A stretch of DNA of 64,000 nt from an uncultured bacterium. Its GTDB lineage: Bacteria; Auribacterota; Erginobacteria; Erginobacterales; Erginobacteraceae. Positions 9,794 through 19,101 of this stretch are shown here, piece by piece. Both the position numbers and the translations under genes were made by a program. The notes under the pieces were generated by a model that did no database searches, had not been told where the DNA came from, and was given only the letters and a program-made list of their open reading frames with translations. The DNA lies in the NCBI GenBank assembly GCA_963822585.1, contig CAWGIE010000026.1, positions 160,001 to 224,000 of the forward strand, written 5' to 3'. Each line of letters opens with the position of its first letter. Position 1 is the first letter of the stretch.

Positions 9794-10582
9794 ATGAAGC
9801 TTGTCGCCGGGATCGGCAAATATGCCGTCGGGAAATGGTGTTTTATCCGCTATCTGGCCGCGGTAACCGGGACCCTTCTGGCCGTCTGCTTCCGGCGGGG
9901 AACATTCCGGCGGACGGTTCGCAATGTTCTGGCCCGGCAGATTCTATTCACCGGCTTTGAAGCCGTCCGTTTTGTCTCCCTGGTCGCCTTTTTGATCGGG
10001 ATCTCGGTGGTAGTTCAGACACAGGTTTGGCTGGCCCGGGCCGGTCAGACCAGCCTCCTGGGACCGGTCCTGGTGATGGTCATCATCCGGGAAATCGGCC
10101 CCCTCCTGGTCAACTTCGTGGTCATCGGCCGCTCCGGCACGGCGATCGCGACCGAACTGGGGAATATGAATGTCTCTGGCGAAGTTAAAATACTTGATGC
10201 CCTGGGACTGGACCCTTTCATCTACCTGGTGGTGCCCCGGGTGCTGGGGGTGGCGATAGCGGTCTTCTGCCTGAGCGTTATCTTCATCGTGGTCTCCTTC
10301 CTGAGCGGTTATCTGAGCGGGCTTCTCTTCGGCGCCACCACCGGCAGTCCGGCTTTCTTTTTCCGGAGTGTGCTCAAGGCGATCACTCCATCCGACGTTT
10401 TTAATCTGCTGGCGAAGACGATCATACCCGGTTTGCTGACCGGCGTCATCTGCTGCACCGAAGGGCTGGGGGTGCGGACCGCGATCACCGAGGTCCCCCA
10501 GGCGGCCACCCGGGCGGTTGTCCGTTCGGTGACCGCCCTTTTCATCGTCTCGGTCCTGGTCTCGGTCTTCACCTATCTATAA
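9794..10582 (+). CDS. mlaE: MlaE-family ABC permease
   Basis: IREIGPLLVNFVVIGRSGTAIATELGNM...LDALGLDP..YLVVPR; VPQAATRAVV. Confidence 0.9.
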   Translation: MKLVAGIGKYAVGKWCFIRYLAAVTGTLLAVCFRRGTFRRTVRNVLARQILFTGFEAVRFVSLVAFLIGISVVVQTQVWLARAGQTSLLGPVLVMVIIREIGPLLVNFVVIGRSGTAIATELGNMNVSGEVKILDALGLDPFIYLVVPRVLGVAIAVFCLSVIFIVVSFLSGYLSGLLFGATTGSPAFFFRSVLKAITPSDVFNLLAKTIIPGLLTGVICCTEGLGVRTAITEVPQAATRAVVRSVTALFIVSVLVSVFTYL

Positions 10583-10644
10583 TTAAATAAAAATGACGAT
10601 AATTCACTGTTTCGGAAATTTAATTTAGGTAAAAAACGGTTAAT

Positions 10645-10746
10645 CACCACGAAGAGCACGAAGTACACGAAGAAAAATCTTAAAACATAATCCTTATTTT
10701 TTATCTTCACCAAATTCCTTCGTGATCTTCGTGTCCTTCGTGGTTA
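10645..10746. repeat. Palindrome with 9-mer arms (cacgaag.. / cttcgtg), family B
   Basis: Copies at ~13820-13977, 21702-21921, 32521-32622; partial at ~697-720. Confidence 0.8.
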
Positions 10747-10774
10747 CTAATTTCACTGCTGGCGTTAACCTGTT

Positions 10775-11485
10775 ATGAGCACAGGGACTACACATATGGA
10801 GCGGAAAGAAATCCTGGCCTTCCGGGACGCGTCTGTCGTCGCTCCGCCCCCCTATGAGTTCGGTTTGGAGGGGATCACTCTGGTCCTGAAGTCCGGAGAA
10901 CTGGCACTGGTCAGTATGGAAAGAGGACACGGCCCCTCTCCGCTGGCGGACGCGGCTGAGGGGTTGCTGGAACCGTCCGGCGGAGAAGTCTCATTTTTGG
11001 GCGTAAGCTGGACGACACGCTCGGCGGGAGAGGCGGCGGCAGCGCGGGGGAGAATCGGTCGCGTTTTTACGGCCGGCGGTTGGATCAGCAACCTGAACGT
11101 GGACGAGAATGTCACCCTCCCCCTGAGTCACCATTCCGACCTGCCGCTCAATGAAATTCACGCCCGGGCAAAAAAAATGGGGGAGCTTTTCGGCTTGAAC
11201 GAACTGCCCAGCGTCCGGCCGGCCCTGCTCAAGAGAGCGTTGTTGCGCCGGGCCGAGTGGACGCGGGCTTTTCTGGGCGATCCGGCTTTGATTATACTGG
11301 AAGAACCCCTGAAGGATGCGTATACTGAAGTGCTTCATTATCTGATCAAAGGCATCACCGGGGCCCTGGCTCGGGGGGCGGCGGTTCTCTGGATGACCGC
11401 CGATTTTCCTAATCTGAACCAGGCCCAGCTCTCGCCGTTGCAGATATACACGTTGAAAGGCCCGCATCTGGAACGGAGCGGATAG
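10775..11485 (+). CDS. MlaF-like ABC ATP-binding subunit with degenerate catalytic motifs
   Basis: ABC scaffold (LEPSGGEVSFLG, RIGRVF, NLNVDENVTLPL, DPALIILEEP) but Walker A, Q-loop, LSGG and H-loop are lost. Confidence 0.8.
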   Translation: MSTGTTHMERKEILAFRDASVVAPPPYEFGLEGITLVLKSGELALVSMERGHGPSPLADAAEGLLEPSGGEVSFLGVSWTTRSAGEAAAARGRIGRVFTAGGWISNLNVDENVTLPLSHHSDLPLNEIHARAKKMGELFGLNELPSVRPALLKRALLRRAEWTRAFLGDPALIILEEPLKDAYTEVLHYLIKGITGALARGAAVLWMTADFPNLNQAQLSPLQIYTLKGPHLERSG

Positions 11486-11669
11486 TATTTTCCTTTCGGG
11501 GAAAAATACGGAGGATGGCTTCCAGTAATCCATAAAGTATGCCTGTAAAAGAAGATGTCGGCTGTGTTGAGTAATCACTTTTCCGGCATCGCCTTCATGA
11601 AAGAAATGTCGTTTGATCAACAGCCCCGACGAAGTCGGGGCCGCTAAAATTTTTCGGGGAAAAAATTTT

Positions 11670-12602
11670 ATGGCGCAGCCGTTTAAATTTCGGTATGTCA
11701 ACGAGATCGTCGGGACCTTTATCATCCTGGTCCTGGTTGTTCTCCTGGTCGGGATCTTCCTGGCCGGACAGGCCCAGCAATGGTTTGAGACCGTCCACCG
11801 CTATATGCTGCTCTTCCCCCCCGAGGGTTCCCTGGGACTCCAGGAGAATTCCCAGGTGGTCATCCTGGGGGCGGTGGTGGGGTCCCTGGAAAAGCTCTCG
11901 GTCGATCAGGACGGTAATATGACCGGCCGGATAGCGATCAAGGGCGATTTCTTCCGTTTTGTCCGTGAAGATTCGAAAGTGATCGTGAAGAAAAAGTTTT
12001 TATTGGCCGGGGATTCCTACATCGAGATCAGCAAGGGAAAAGGCCCCCCCCTCCCGGAAGATTCGGCCCTGACCTGTACGAAAGACACCGAGATCACCGA
12101 GCTGCTGGAGATCGAGGTGGAAAAAATCATGGAAGAAGTCACCCCGGTCCTCGAGCAGACAACACTGGCGATCGAGGAATATACCCTGCTGGCCGCCGAC
12201 ATTCGCGATCCCGCGGGCGACCTCCAGCAGCTGATCGGCAACCTGAACCGGATCACCGAAGGGTTGGCGAAAGGGGAGGGGATGGCCGGCGCCGTCCTCC
12301 GCGATCCGGGGATGACCGAGGATCTGAAAGATATCATCACCAAGATCCGGGAGTCGACCGAGAGACTGCAGCGGATCGCTGACGACGCCTCCCGGGCCGC
12401 CAGCAAGCTTCCCGCCATGTCGGAGACCATTGCCGGCGAAGTAGAGGATGTCCCGGGGCTGGTCCTCCAATCCCGGGAAACTCTGCGGGAGACGCAGCGG
12501 CTGATCGAAGCCCTGCAGAGGCACTGGCTGATCAGAGCCTACGTCGCTCCGGAAGAGGGGAGTTCCCGGATTCCGGTCTCCGCCATTACAATTACTGAAT
12601 AG
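11670..12602 (+). CDS. MlaD/MCE-domain protein with helical extension
   Basis: N-terminal TM (VGTFIILVLVVLL), GLQENSQVVILGAVVG, GDSYIEISKG; C-terminal EALQRHWL. Confidence 0.88.
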   Translation: MAQPFKFRYVNEIVGTFIILVLVVLLVGIFLAGQAQQWFETVHRYMLLFPPEGSLGLQENSQVVILGAVVGSLEKLSVDQDGNMTGRIAIKGDFFRFVREDSKVIVKKKFLLAGDSYIEISKGKGPPLPEDSALTCTKDTEITELLEIEVEKIMEEVTPVLEQTTLAIEEYTLLAADIRDPAGDLQQLIGNLNRITEGLAKGEGMAGAVLRDPGMTEDLKDIITKIRESTERLQRIADDASRAASKLPAMSETIAGEVEDVPGLVLQSRETLRETQRLIEALQRHWLIRAYVAPEEGSSRIPVSAITITE

Positions 12603-12813
12603 ACAGGCGTAAAAGAATACATAGACAGATAAAGAAATCGTTATTGTTTACGGTTGTCGTTGAACGGTTATCCCGGTTTCACCGGGAAAACGTTGAACGG
12701 TGTACGGTTGCGTGATGCGCGCCCCCGTCACCGTATAACGCAACCGATTCCAGCTGCGCAACCGGGACCTTTTAATTCGAACAATGCCCGAACGCAATGA
12801 GGGCTCAGTGCTT

Positions 12814-13770
12814 ATGTATACCGTAAAGTCATCCGGGTATATGGTTGCGGTTCTTATACTACTGCTCACGGCCTGTTCCAGCACACCTCCCGCGCAAAAA
12901 GTAGACCCGGAGCTGGCCCAGGCGGCCAAATCGGCCCGGACGGCGTATGACCGGGGCGAGTTCAAACTGGCCGCCCGGCATTACCTTCTGGCCCTGCAGC
13001 GGGCCCGCGTTATGGACGATGCCGTTGAAATCGGCAACGGCGCCTATAACCTGGCCGCCTGTTACCTGGAGGAAGGAGATCTCGCAGGGGCGGAAGAGCT
13101 GCTCCGGGAATCGCTCCAGGCTTTCCAGCAGGCGGGCGGCGTCCCGGCGGACCTCTTTCTGCTCCAGGCCCGGATCGCTCTTCTCCGTGACCGTCCGGAA
13201 GAAGCGGAGCGCCTGATCCGGGAAGCAGCGGCCGCGAATGAAAATACCCTGAGCACGGGCGCCCGGCTCCAGATCGCTTTCCTCCGGACCCGTCTGGCCA
13301 TTCTGGCGGATGATGATCGGGCGGCGGAGAAGGAACTTGCCGCCGCGCGGGAATTGACGGATCAGACGGAGGACGATCTGGCCCAGGCCGAATACACCGC
13401 CTTGGAAGGCGATATCCTGCTCCGGAAAGGAGCCGGCAGCGAAGCCGGGGCGGCGTTCGATCGTCAGGCCGATCTTCTCCGCCGGGCGGCCCGGTACGAA
13501 GCGATGGCCCGGGCCCTGGGACGGGCCGGCGACGCGTATCGCCGGGCCGGTGATTTCTGCCGGGCCGGGGATCGTTTCTTCCGATCGGCCCGGAGCCTCT
13601 TTGCCCGGGGTGATATCCCCGCTTCCCTGGAGATGATAGCGCCGGCGATGGAGACGGGCGAGCAATGCGAACAGGAATCGCTCCGGGAGGAAGTCCGGGG
13701 CTTGTTCGAAGCAATCCGGGCCGCCGTCCCCGAACCTCCGGCGACCGACACCCTCTCGAATGAGGAATAA
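12814..13770 (+). CDS. TPR-like helical lipoprotein
   Basis: Lipobox LLTAC; Ala-rich helical repeats (AYNLAACYLEEGDLAGAEELL). Confidence 0.75.
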   Translation: MYTVKSSGYMVAVLILLLTACSSTPPAQKVDPELAQAAKSARTAYDRGEFKLAARHYLLALQRARVMDDAVEIGNGAYNLAACYLEEGDLAGAEELLRESLQAFQQAGGVPADLFLLQARIALLRDRPEEAERLIREAAAANENTLSTGARLQIAFLRTRLAILADDDRAAEKELAAARELTDQTEDDLAQAEYTALEGDILLRKGAGSEAGAAFDRQADLLRRAARYEAMARALGRAGDAYRRAGDFCRAGDRFFRSARSLFARGDIPASLEMIAPAMETGEQCEQESLREEVRGLFEAIRAAVPEPPATDTLSNEE

Positions 13771-14088
13771 AAAATAATCGACCTCTTCATAATTTCAATA
13801 ACGTAGTGAAACCATATAATCACCACGAAGCACACGAGCCGAGCGCCGCGAGACGGGTCCCGCTCGCGGGACAAGCAGCGCAGCGACTGCCCAACAATAC
13901 GAATAAAGATATAGGAGTTGTAATAAGTATTTTTATTTTTCTAAAATCTCTTCGTGACCTTCGTGTCCTTCGTGGTTAAAAGTTGCGTCGAAACCACATT
14001 GTTCTTTTGAATTTTTTCGCGGTTTTTCCTTCTAATTTGACTGAAGGAAACACCGAGTCTAACTATAGTGAAATATGAGGTGATGAAG

Positions 14089-14577
14089 ATGAAAACGAAA
14101 GGGATCCGGTTGTTACTGTTCTGTTTCCTCCTGGCCGGCGGGGCAGGGATGTCCCGCGCCGATGTCCTCAACGTCCAGGTGCGGAGCGGCAGTCTCCGGG
14201 CCAAGCCGTCGTTTCTGGGCAAGATCATCGGCTCTGTCTCCTACGGGGACCGGGTCACCGTTATCCAGGAACAGGGAGAATGGGTTCTGGGCCGCAAGGG
14301 AAGCGGCCCCCAGGGGTGGATACATATCTCGGCTCTGACCGATGACGATATTGAACTTTCGGCCGGGGGCGGGAATGTCGAGACCGCCGCCTCCGGTGAT
14401 GAACTGGCCCTGGCCGGCAAAGGGTTTAATTCCGATGTCGAAGCCGAGTTTAAAACCCGCAACAGCGATATTGATTTCACCTGGGTGGATCGGATGGAAA
14501 AAATCATTATCTCGCCGGAACAGATGGAAGGATTTCTGAAGGTCGGACAGGTAACCCCACCCGGAGGATTGAGATGA
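14089..14577 (+). CDS. Exported bacterial SH3 (SH3b) domain protein
   Basis: Signal peptide; LRAKPSFLGKIIGSVSYGDRVTVIQEQGEW...GWIHISAL; tail ELALAGKGF; GAGGTG RBS. Confidence 0.8.
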   Translation: MKTKGIRLLLFCFLLAGGAGMSRADVLNVQVRSGSLRAKPSFLGKIIGSVSYGDRVTVIQEQGEWVLGRKGSGPQGWIHISALTDDDIELSAGGGNVETAASGDELALAGKGFNSDVEAEFKTRNSDIDFTWVDRMEKIIISPEQMEGFLKVGQVTPPGGLR

Positions 14578-15515
14578 TTCCGAGAGTATTGACGGTGAAG
14601 AATGCGCCTTTGACGTGCGGCTTCCTGGTGATTCTCGTCTCTGCTCTCGCGGTCGGCGGCTGCAAAACGCTGGAGTCGATGGGGGAACTGGGAGGACAGG
14701 TCGGCAAGGCGACCGGGGTCATGACCGACGAACAGGCGGAGTCGCTGGGCCGGGCCACCAAGGCGGTGGCCAAGACGTTCGCCGATATCACCCCCGAGCA
14801 GGAATACTATATCGGCCGGGCGGTGGCGGCGACGATACTCCATGTCTATTCTCCTTATGACAATAAGGAGGCTACCCGCTATCTTAACCTACTGGGCCAG
14901 ACCCTGGCCGCGGCTTCCGACAAGCCGGAGACGTACGGCGGTTATCATTTCCTGATCCTGGATTCGGACGAAATCAACGCCTTCGCGGCCCCGGGCGGGT
15001 TGATATTTGTCTCCCGCGGGATGCTCAGGCTCTGCCGTGATGAGGACGACCTGGCGGCGGTTCTCGCCCATGAGATCGGCCATGTCCAGAACCAGCATGG
15101 TCTGAAGGCGATCAAGTCGGGGCGTCTCACTTCCGCCCTGACCATCCTGGCCGCGGAAGGCGCCAGGAGCTTCGGGGGGAAGGAACTGGCCGAGCTGACC
15201 GATGCCTTCGAAGGCAGCATCGGCGATATTACCTCCACCATGATGAACAGCGGGTACGCCCGTTCGGCGGAACGGGAGGCTGACGCGACGGCGATCGTGA
15301 TCGTGAAACGGGTGGGATACAACCCGAACGGTCTGGTCGAGATGCTGATGGAGATGAAAAAACAGCTCAAGCCGGGCGGTCTCGATTTCGCCAAGACCCA
15401 TCCCGATCCCAACGACCGGATCAAGGACATCGAGGAGATTATCGGCCGGTACACGGTTGTTTCCGCCCCTCAGCCCCGGCAGGACCGGTTTGAGCGGAAC
15501 TTGAAGGGAATATAA
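14574..15515 (+). CDS. M48-family zinc metalloprotease lipoprotein
   Basis: Lipobox-like VGGC; INAFAAPGG, AVLAHEIGH, EREAD, THP; ATGA overlap with the SH3 gene. Confidence 0.9.
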   Translation: MIPRVLTVKNAPLTCGFLVILVSALAVGGCKTLESMGELGGQVGKATGVMTDEQAESLGRATKAVAKTFADITPEQEYYIGRAVAATILHVYSPYDNKEATRYLNLLGQTLAAASDKPETYGGYHFLILDSDEINAFAAPGGLIFVSRGMLRLCRDEDDLAAVLAHEIGHVQNQHGLKAIKSGRLTSALTILAAEGARSFGGKELAELTDAFEGSIGDITSTMMNSGYARSAEREADATAIVIVKRVGYNPNGLVEMLMEMKKQLKPGGLDFAKTHPDPNDRIKDIEEIIGRYTVVSAPQPRQDRFERNLKGI

Positions 15516-15692
15516 GAGAACGTAGCCCTCGCGGCGCTCGGGCAACGTTCTGGAATGGTGGAGTGATGGAGTAGTGGAGTATTGGGGGCCTGTTTCCGAA
15601 TCCAGTATTCCATTACTCCAGTACTCCATTACTCCGCGTTTCTCCGCTGCCGGTGTGATTCCAAAATTCTGAGGTAGCCAGGACGTGTTTAT

Positions 15693-17846
15693 ATGGGTAC
15701 TAATGTGGCAAAGAAACGCGTCAAAATCCGTCATGGAGTCCTGATCGGTTTTCTGGCGTCGATCCTCGCCCTGCTGCTCTGGCAGCTCGGCATCCTCGAT
15801 CGTTGGGAGTCCGCTTCCTGGGCATGGCGGGTCCGGTACTTTGCCCGCCCGGCCCCTTCCACCGGGCTGATCAAGATTATCCTTCTCGACCAGGCCAGCC
15901 TGGATTGGGGCGAGAAGGAGGCCGGTCTGTCCTGGCCCTGGCCGCGGGAGGTTTATGGGCCGATCATCGACTTCTGCCGGCGGGGGGGCGCCCGGTCCGT
16001 CGCCTTCGATGTTCTCTACACCGAATCGTCCGGCCGGCAGAGCGTCTCCCAGGACGTGGCTCTGGGTGAAGCGATCCGGCGCTCGCCTCCGTTCACCGCC
16101 GCTCTTGCCCTGAGCCGGACGACCGGCGGAGAATCCTCCTGGCCTCCCGATTTGCCTCCCCGGGGGATCCCGCTCAAGGGGCTGGCGGCATGGCTCTCCA
16201 CGCCGGAGCGGGAGAAAAGCCTGGTCTATCCCCGGGCGACATTTCCCATCCCGGAAGTCGCTCTCAATGCCGTCCTTCTGGGGAACGTTATGGAGGAGCC
16301 GGACCCGGACGCGATCTTTCGCCGGGCATCCCTCTTCGGCGTCTTCGACGGGAAGTGTATCCCCGCTCTGGGAACCGCCGCCTACCTGGCGCCGCTGCAC
16401 GTGGAAGCCGTTCCCCTCTCGATCGCGGGCAATACCCTCCATCTCGGAGAGAGGTCCGTTCCTCTGGATGCTTCCGGCCGCACACTCCTCCGGTTTCGGG
16501 GGGAGACCGCGGTGTATAACCCGCTGAGCGCCGCCGCCGTCATCCAGTCCGAGCTGAGAATCCAGGAGGGGGAAGAACCGTCCATCGACCCCGCGACATT
16601 CCGTGACTGCTACGTACTTTTCGGCTTCAGCGCCCCCGGCCTGCTCGACCTGCGGGCGACACCCCTGAGCACGAAATCGCCCGGCGTCCTCGTCCACGCC
16701 ACCGTTCTCGACAACCTTCTTTCCGGAGATTTCCTGCAGGATGCCCCGATCCTTCCCGCCGCCGTCCTTATTCTTCTCCTGGCGATCGTTGCCGGCAGCG
16801 CCGGATCCCTGGCCCGCAAAGCCGGGGAGAGCGCGGTGATCTCGGTGATCCTCCTCCCCGTCCCCTGGGTGATCGGCTTTGCCGCCTACGCGGCCGGGTT
16901 CTGGTGGCCGATTATCGCCGGGGAGGCGGCGGTGGTCTTTTCATTGGCCGGAGCCCTTCTCTATAATTACGCGACCGAGGGGCGACAGAAGGCGTTCATC
17001 AAGCAGGCATTCAAACACTACCTGAGTTCCGCCGTCATCGAGCGCTTGATTGAAGATCCCTCCCAGCTCCAGCTGGGAGGCGAGCGGAGAGTACTCTCCA
17101 TCTTCTTCTCCGATATCCAGAAATTCTCGACCTTCTCCGAAAAACTCGACCCGGTGACCCTGACCGCCCTTCTCAACGACTTCCTCTCCGACATGACCGA
17201 CGTCATCCTGGAGGAGGGGGGCACCCTTGACAAGTACATCGGGGACGCGATCGTGGCTTTCTGGAACGCGCCCCTCACCCAGGGGAACCACGCGGAGCGG
17301 GCCGTGCGCGCGGCCATCCGCTGCCAGCAAAAACTCACGGCCCGGCGGCCTGAGTTCAAGGAGCGGACCGGGGTCGATCTCTTCATGCGCATCGGGGTCA
17401 ATACCGGAGAGGTGGTGGTCGGGAACATGGGGTCCCGCGACCGGTTCGACTACACCGTCCTGGGAGACGCGGCCAATCTGGCCTCGCGGTTAGAGGGCGC
17501 GAACAAAGCCTTCGGGACTTTCCTGATGGTCGCGGGAGCGGCCTGGGAGAAGGCCGCCGGCGCCTTTACGGGCCGGGAGTTGGGCAAACTCCGCGTGGTG
17601 GGGAGAAAGGCCCCGGTAACCGTTTTCGAGCCCTGGGGATTGAAGAAAGACGCGGCGCCGCCGGGATGGAAAAAGTTTGAAGAAGGGCTCTCATTGTGCT
17701 ATCAAGGCCAGTGGAGTGAGGCGTTGGCCGTTTTTGCCGCTCTGCCCGAAGACCCGGCGGCCCGCGTTTACGCGGAGCGGTGCCAAGGCCTGGTCAACGA
17801 TCCCGGCACGACCTGGGACGGCGTCTGGAATTTGACTGAAAAATAA
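15693..17846 (+). CDS. CHASE2-domain class III adenylate cyclase
   Basis: CHASE2 (WPWPR, VAFDVLY, PGVLVHA), TM helices, FSDI, DKYIGD, RIGVNTG, DYTVLGDAANLASRLEG. Confidence 0.92.
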   Translation: MGTNVAKKRVKIRHGVLIGFLASILALLLWQLGILDRWESASWAWRVRYFARPAPSTGLIKIILLDQASLDWGEKEAGLSWPWPREVYGPIIDFCRRGGARSVAFDVLYTESSGRQSVSQDVALGEAIRRSPPFTAALALSRTTGGESSWPPDLPPRGIPLKGLAAWLSTPEREKSLVYPRATFPIPEVALNAVLLGNVMEEPDPDAIFRRASLFGVFDGKCIPALGTAAYLAPLHVEAVPLSIAGNTLHLGERSVPLDASGRTLLRFRGETAVYNPLSAAAVIQSELRIQEGEEPSIDPATFRDCYVLFGFSAPGLLDLRATPLSTKSPGVLVHATVLDNLLSGDFLQDAPILPAAVLILLLAIVAGSAGSLARKAGESAVISVILLPVPWVIGFAAYAAGFWWPIIAGEAAVVFSLAGALLYNYATEGRQKAFIKQAFKHYLSSAVIERLIEDPSQLQLGGERRVLSIFFSDIQKFSTFSEKLDPVTLTALLNDFLSDMTDVILEEGGTLDKYIGDAIVAFWNAPLTQGNHAERAVRAAIRCQQKLTARRPEFKERTGVDLFMRIGVNTGEVVVGNMGSRDRFDYTVLGDAANLASRLEGANKAFGTFLMVAGAAWEKAAGAFTGRELGKLRVVGRKAPVTVFEPWGLKKDAAPPGWKKFEEGLSLCYQGQWSEALAVFAALPEDPAARVYAERCQGLVNDPGTTWDGVWNLTEK

Positions 17847-18052
17847 ACGTTGTGCTGTATAGCTGATGTGTCGCTAAGAATCGAAATAAATAGAGTATGC
17901 AAAATGGAGTAATGGAGTGATGGAGTAATGGGAAACCCGGCCCGGCTCCCGCGTCCCATCACTCCACTACTCCAGTACTCCATCACTTCACAATGCATCT
18001 TTGCTTCGTTTCGTTTATCGATCGGCATACGAATCTTTCCGGATAATTTGTC

Positions 18053-18901
18053 ATGAAGATCACCTTTTTCGGTGTTCGCGGCACCAGCCCCGTCACCCAG
18101 CCGTCCTTTTCCCGGTACGGCGGGGAGACGACCTCCCTGCTGGTTGAAGGAGCCGGAGGGGAGAGGATCATCATTGATGCCGGAACCGGCCTGAGAAGCC
18201 TGGGGCAACGGCTGGTCGGGGAACCTCATGAACCGTCGCTACTGCTCCTGATGACCCACTATCACCTTGACCACTTGATCGGCCTCCCGGCCTTCGCGCC
18301 GCTCTACCGGGAATCGCTGCGCCTTACCATCGCCTCCCCCGAGCGGAAAGGGCGGACCCCGGAAGAGGTCATCTCCAAGATCTTCGATGCCCCTCTCTGG
18401 CCGCTCCAGATCGACACCATCCCCGCCTGGATCACCTTTTTGACTCTCCCGCCCGACAACAGCGGCGGCCCCTTCCGCCGGGGGGGGCTTCTGGTCCGCT
18501 GGACCTCTCTTCACCATCCGGGCGGGGCCACCGCTTACCGGATCGACGAACCGGCGACCGGGGCTTCCTTCGTCTTCGCGACCGATCTGGAATGGAATGA
18601 ATCATCCCCCGAGGAGAAAACCGCCTTCGAGCTTCTCTGCCGGGAACCCGCTCCCCCGGCGCTCCTCGTTTTCGACGGCCAGTACAACAACGACAACTAT
18701 CCCGAATACCGGGGCTGGGGGCACAGCACTTGGGAAAACGCGGTCGATGTCGCCGAAAGGGTTGGTGCCGGCCGTCTCATCGTCACCCACCACGATCCCC
18801 TCAGCGACGACTCGATTCTGGAGAAAGTCGAAGAGAAGTTGACCCGGGCCTCTCCAACCGCCCGGTTGGGCCGTCAGGGGATGGAGGTGGTTTTAAACTA
18901 A
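18053..18901 (+). CDS. MBL-fold metallo-hydrolase (PhnP/phosphodiesterase-like)
   Basis: GVRGTSP, YGGET, IDAGTG, THYHLDH, HPGG, TDLE, DGQY, GWGHS, THHDP. Confidence 0.85.
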   Translation: MKITFFGVRGTSPVTQPSFSRYGGETTSLLVEGAGGERIIIDAGTGLRSLGQRLVGEPHEPSLLLLMTHYHLDHLIGLPAFAPLYRESLRLTIASPERKGRTPEEVISKIFDAPLWPLQIDTIPAWITFLTLPPDNSGGPFRRGGLLVRWTSLHHPGGATAYRIDEPATGASFVFATDLEWNESSPEEKTAFELLCREPAPPALLVFDGQYNNDNYPEYRGWGHSTWENAVDVAERVGAGRLIVTHHDPLSDDSILEKVEEKLTRASPTARLGRQGMEVVLN

Positions 18902-19101
18902 AACCGCGGTACATGATATGACTGATTTATCCGCCCTTGGAAATGGGGGTATTGCGACATGGAGTAATGGAGTATTGGAATAATGGAGTAATGGGGGGGC
19001 CAGCTCTCCAACACTCCATCATTCCACCACTCCAATACTCCATGATACTATTCACATAACTCAAAAGCTGTTTCATACATCGAACACGGTACACTGTCGC
19101 C

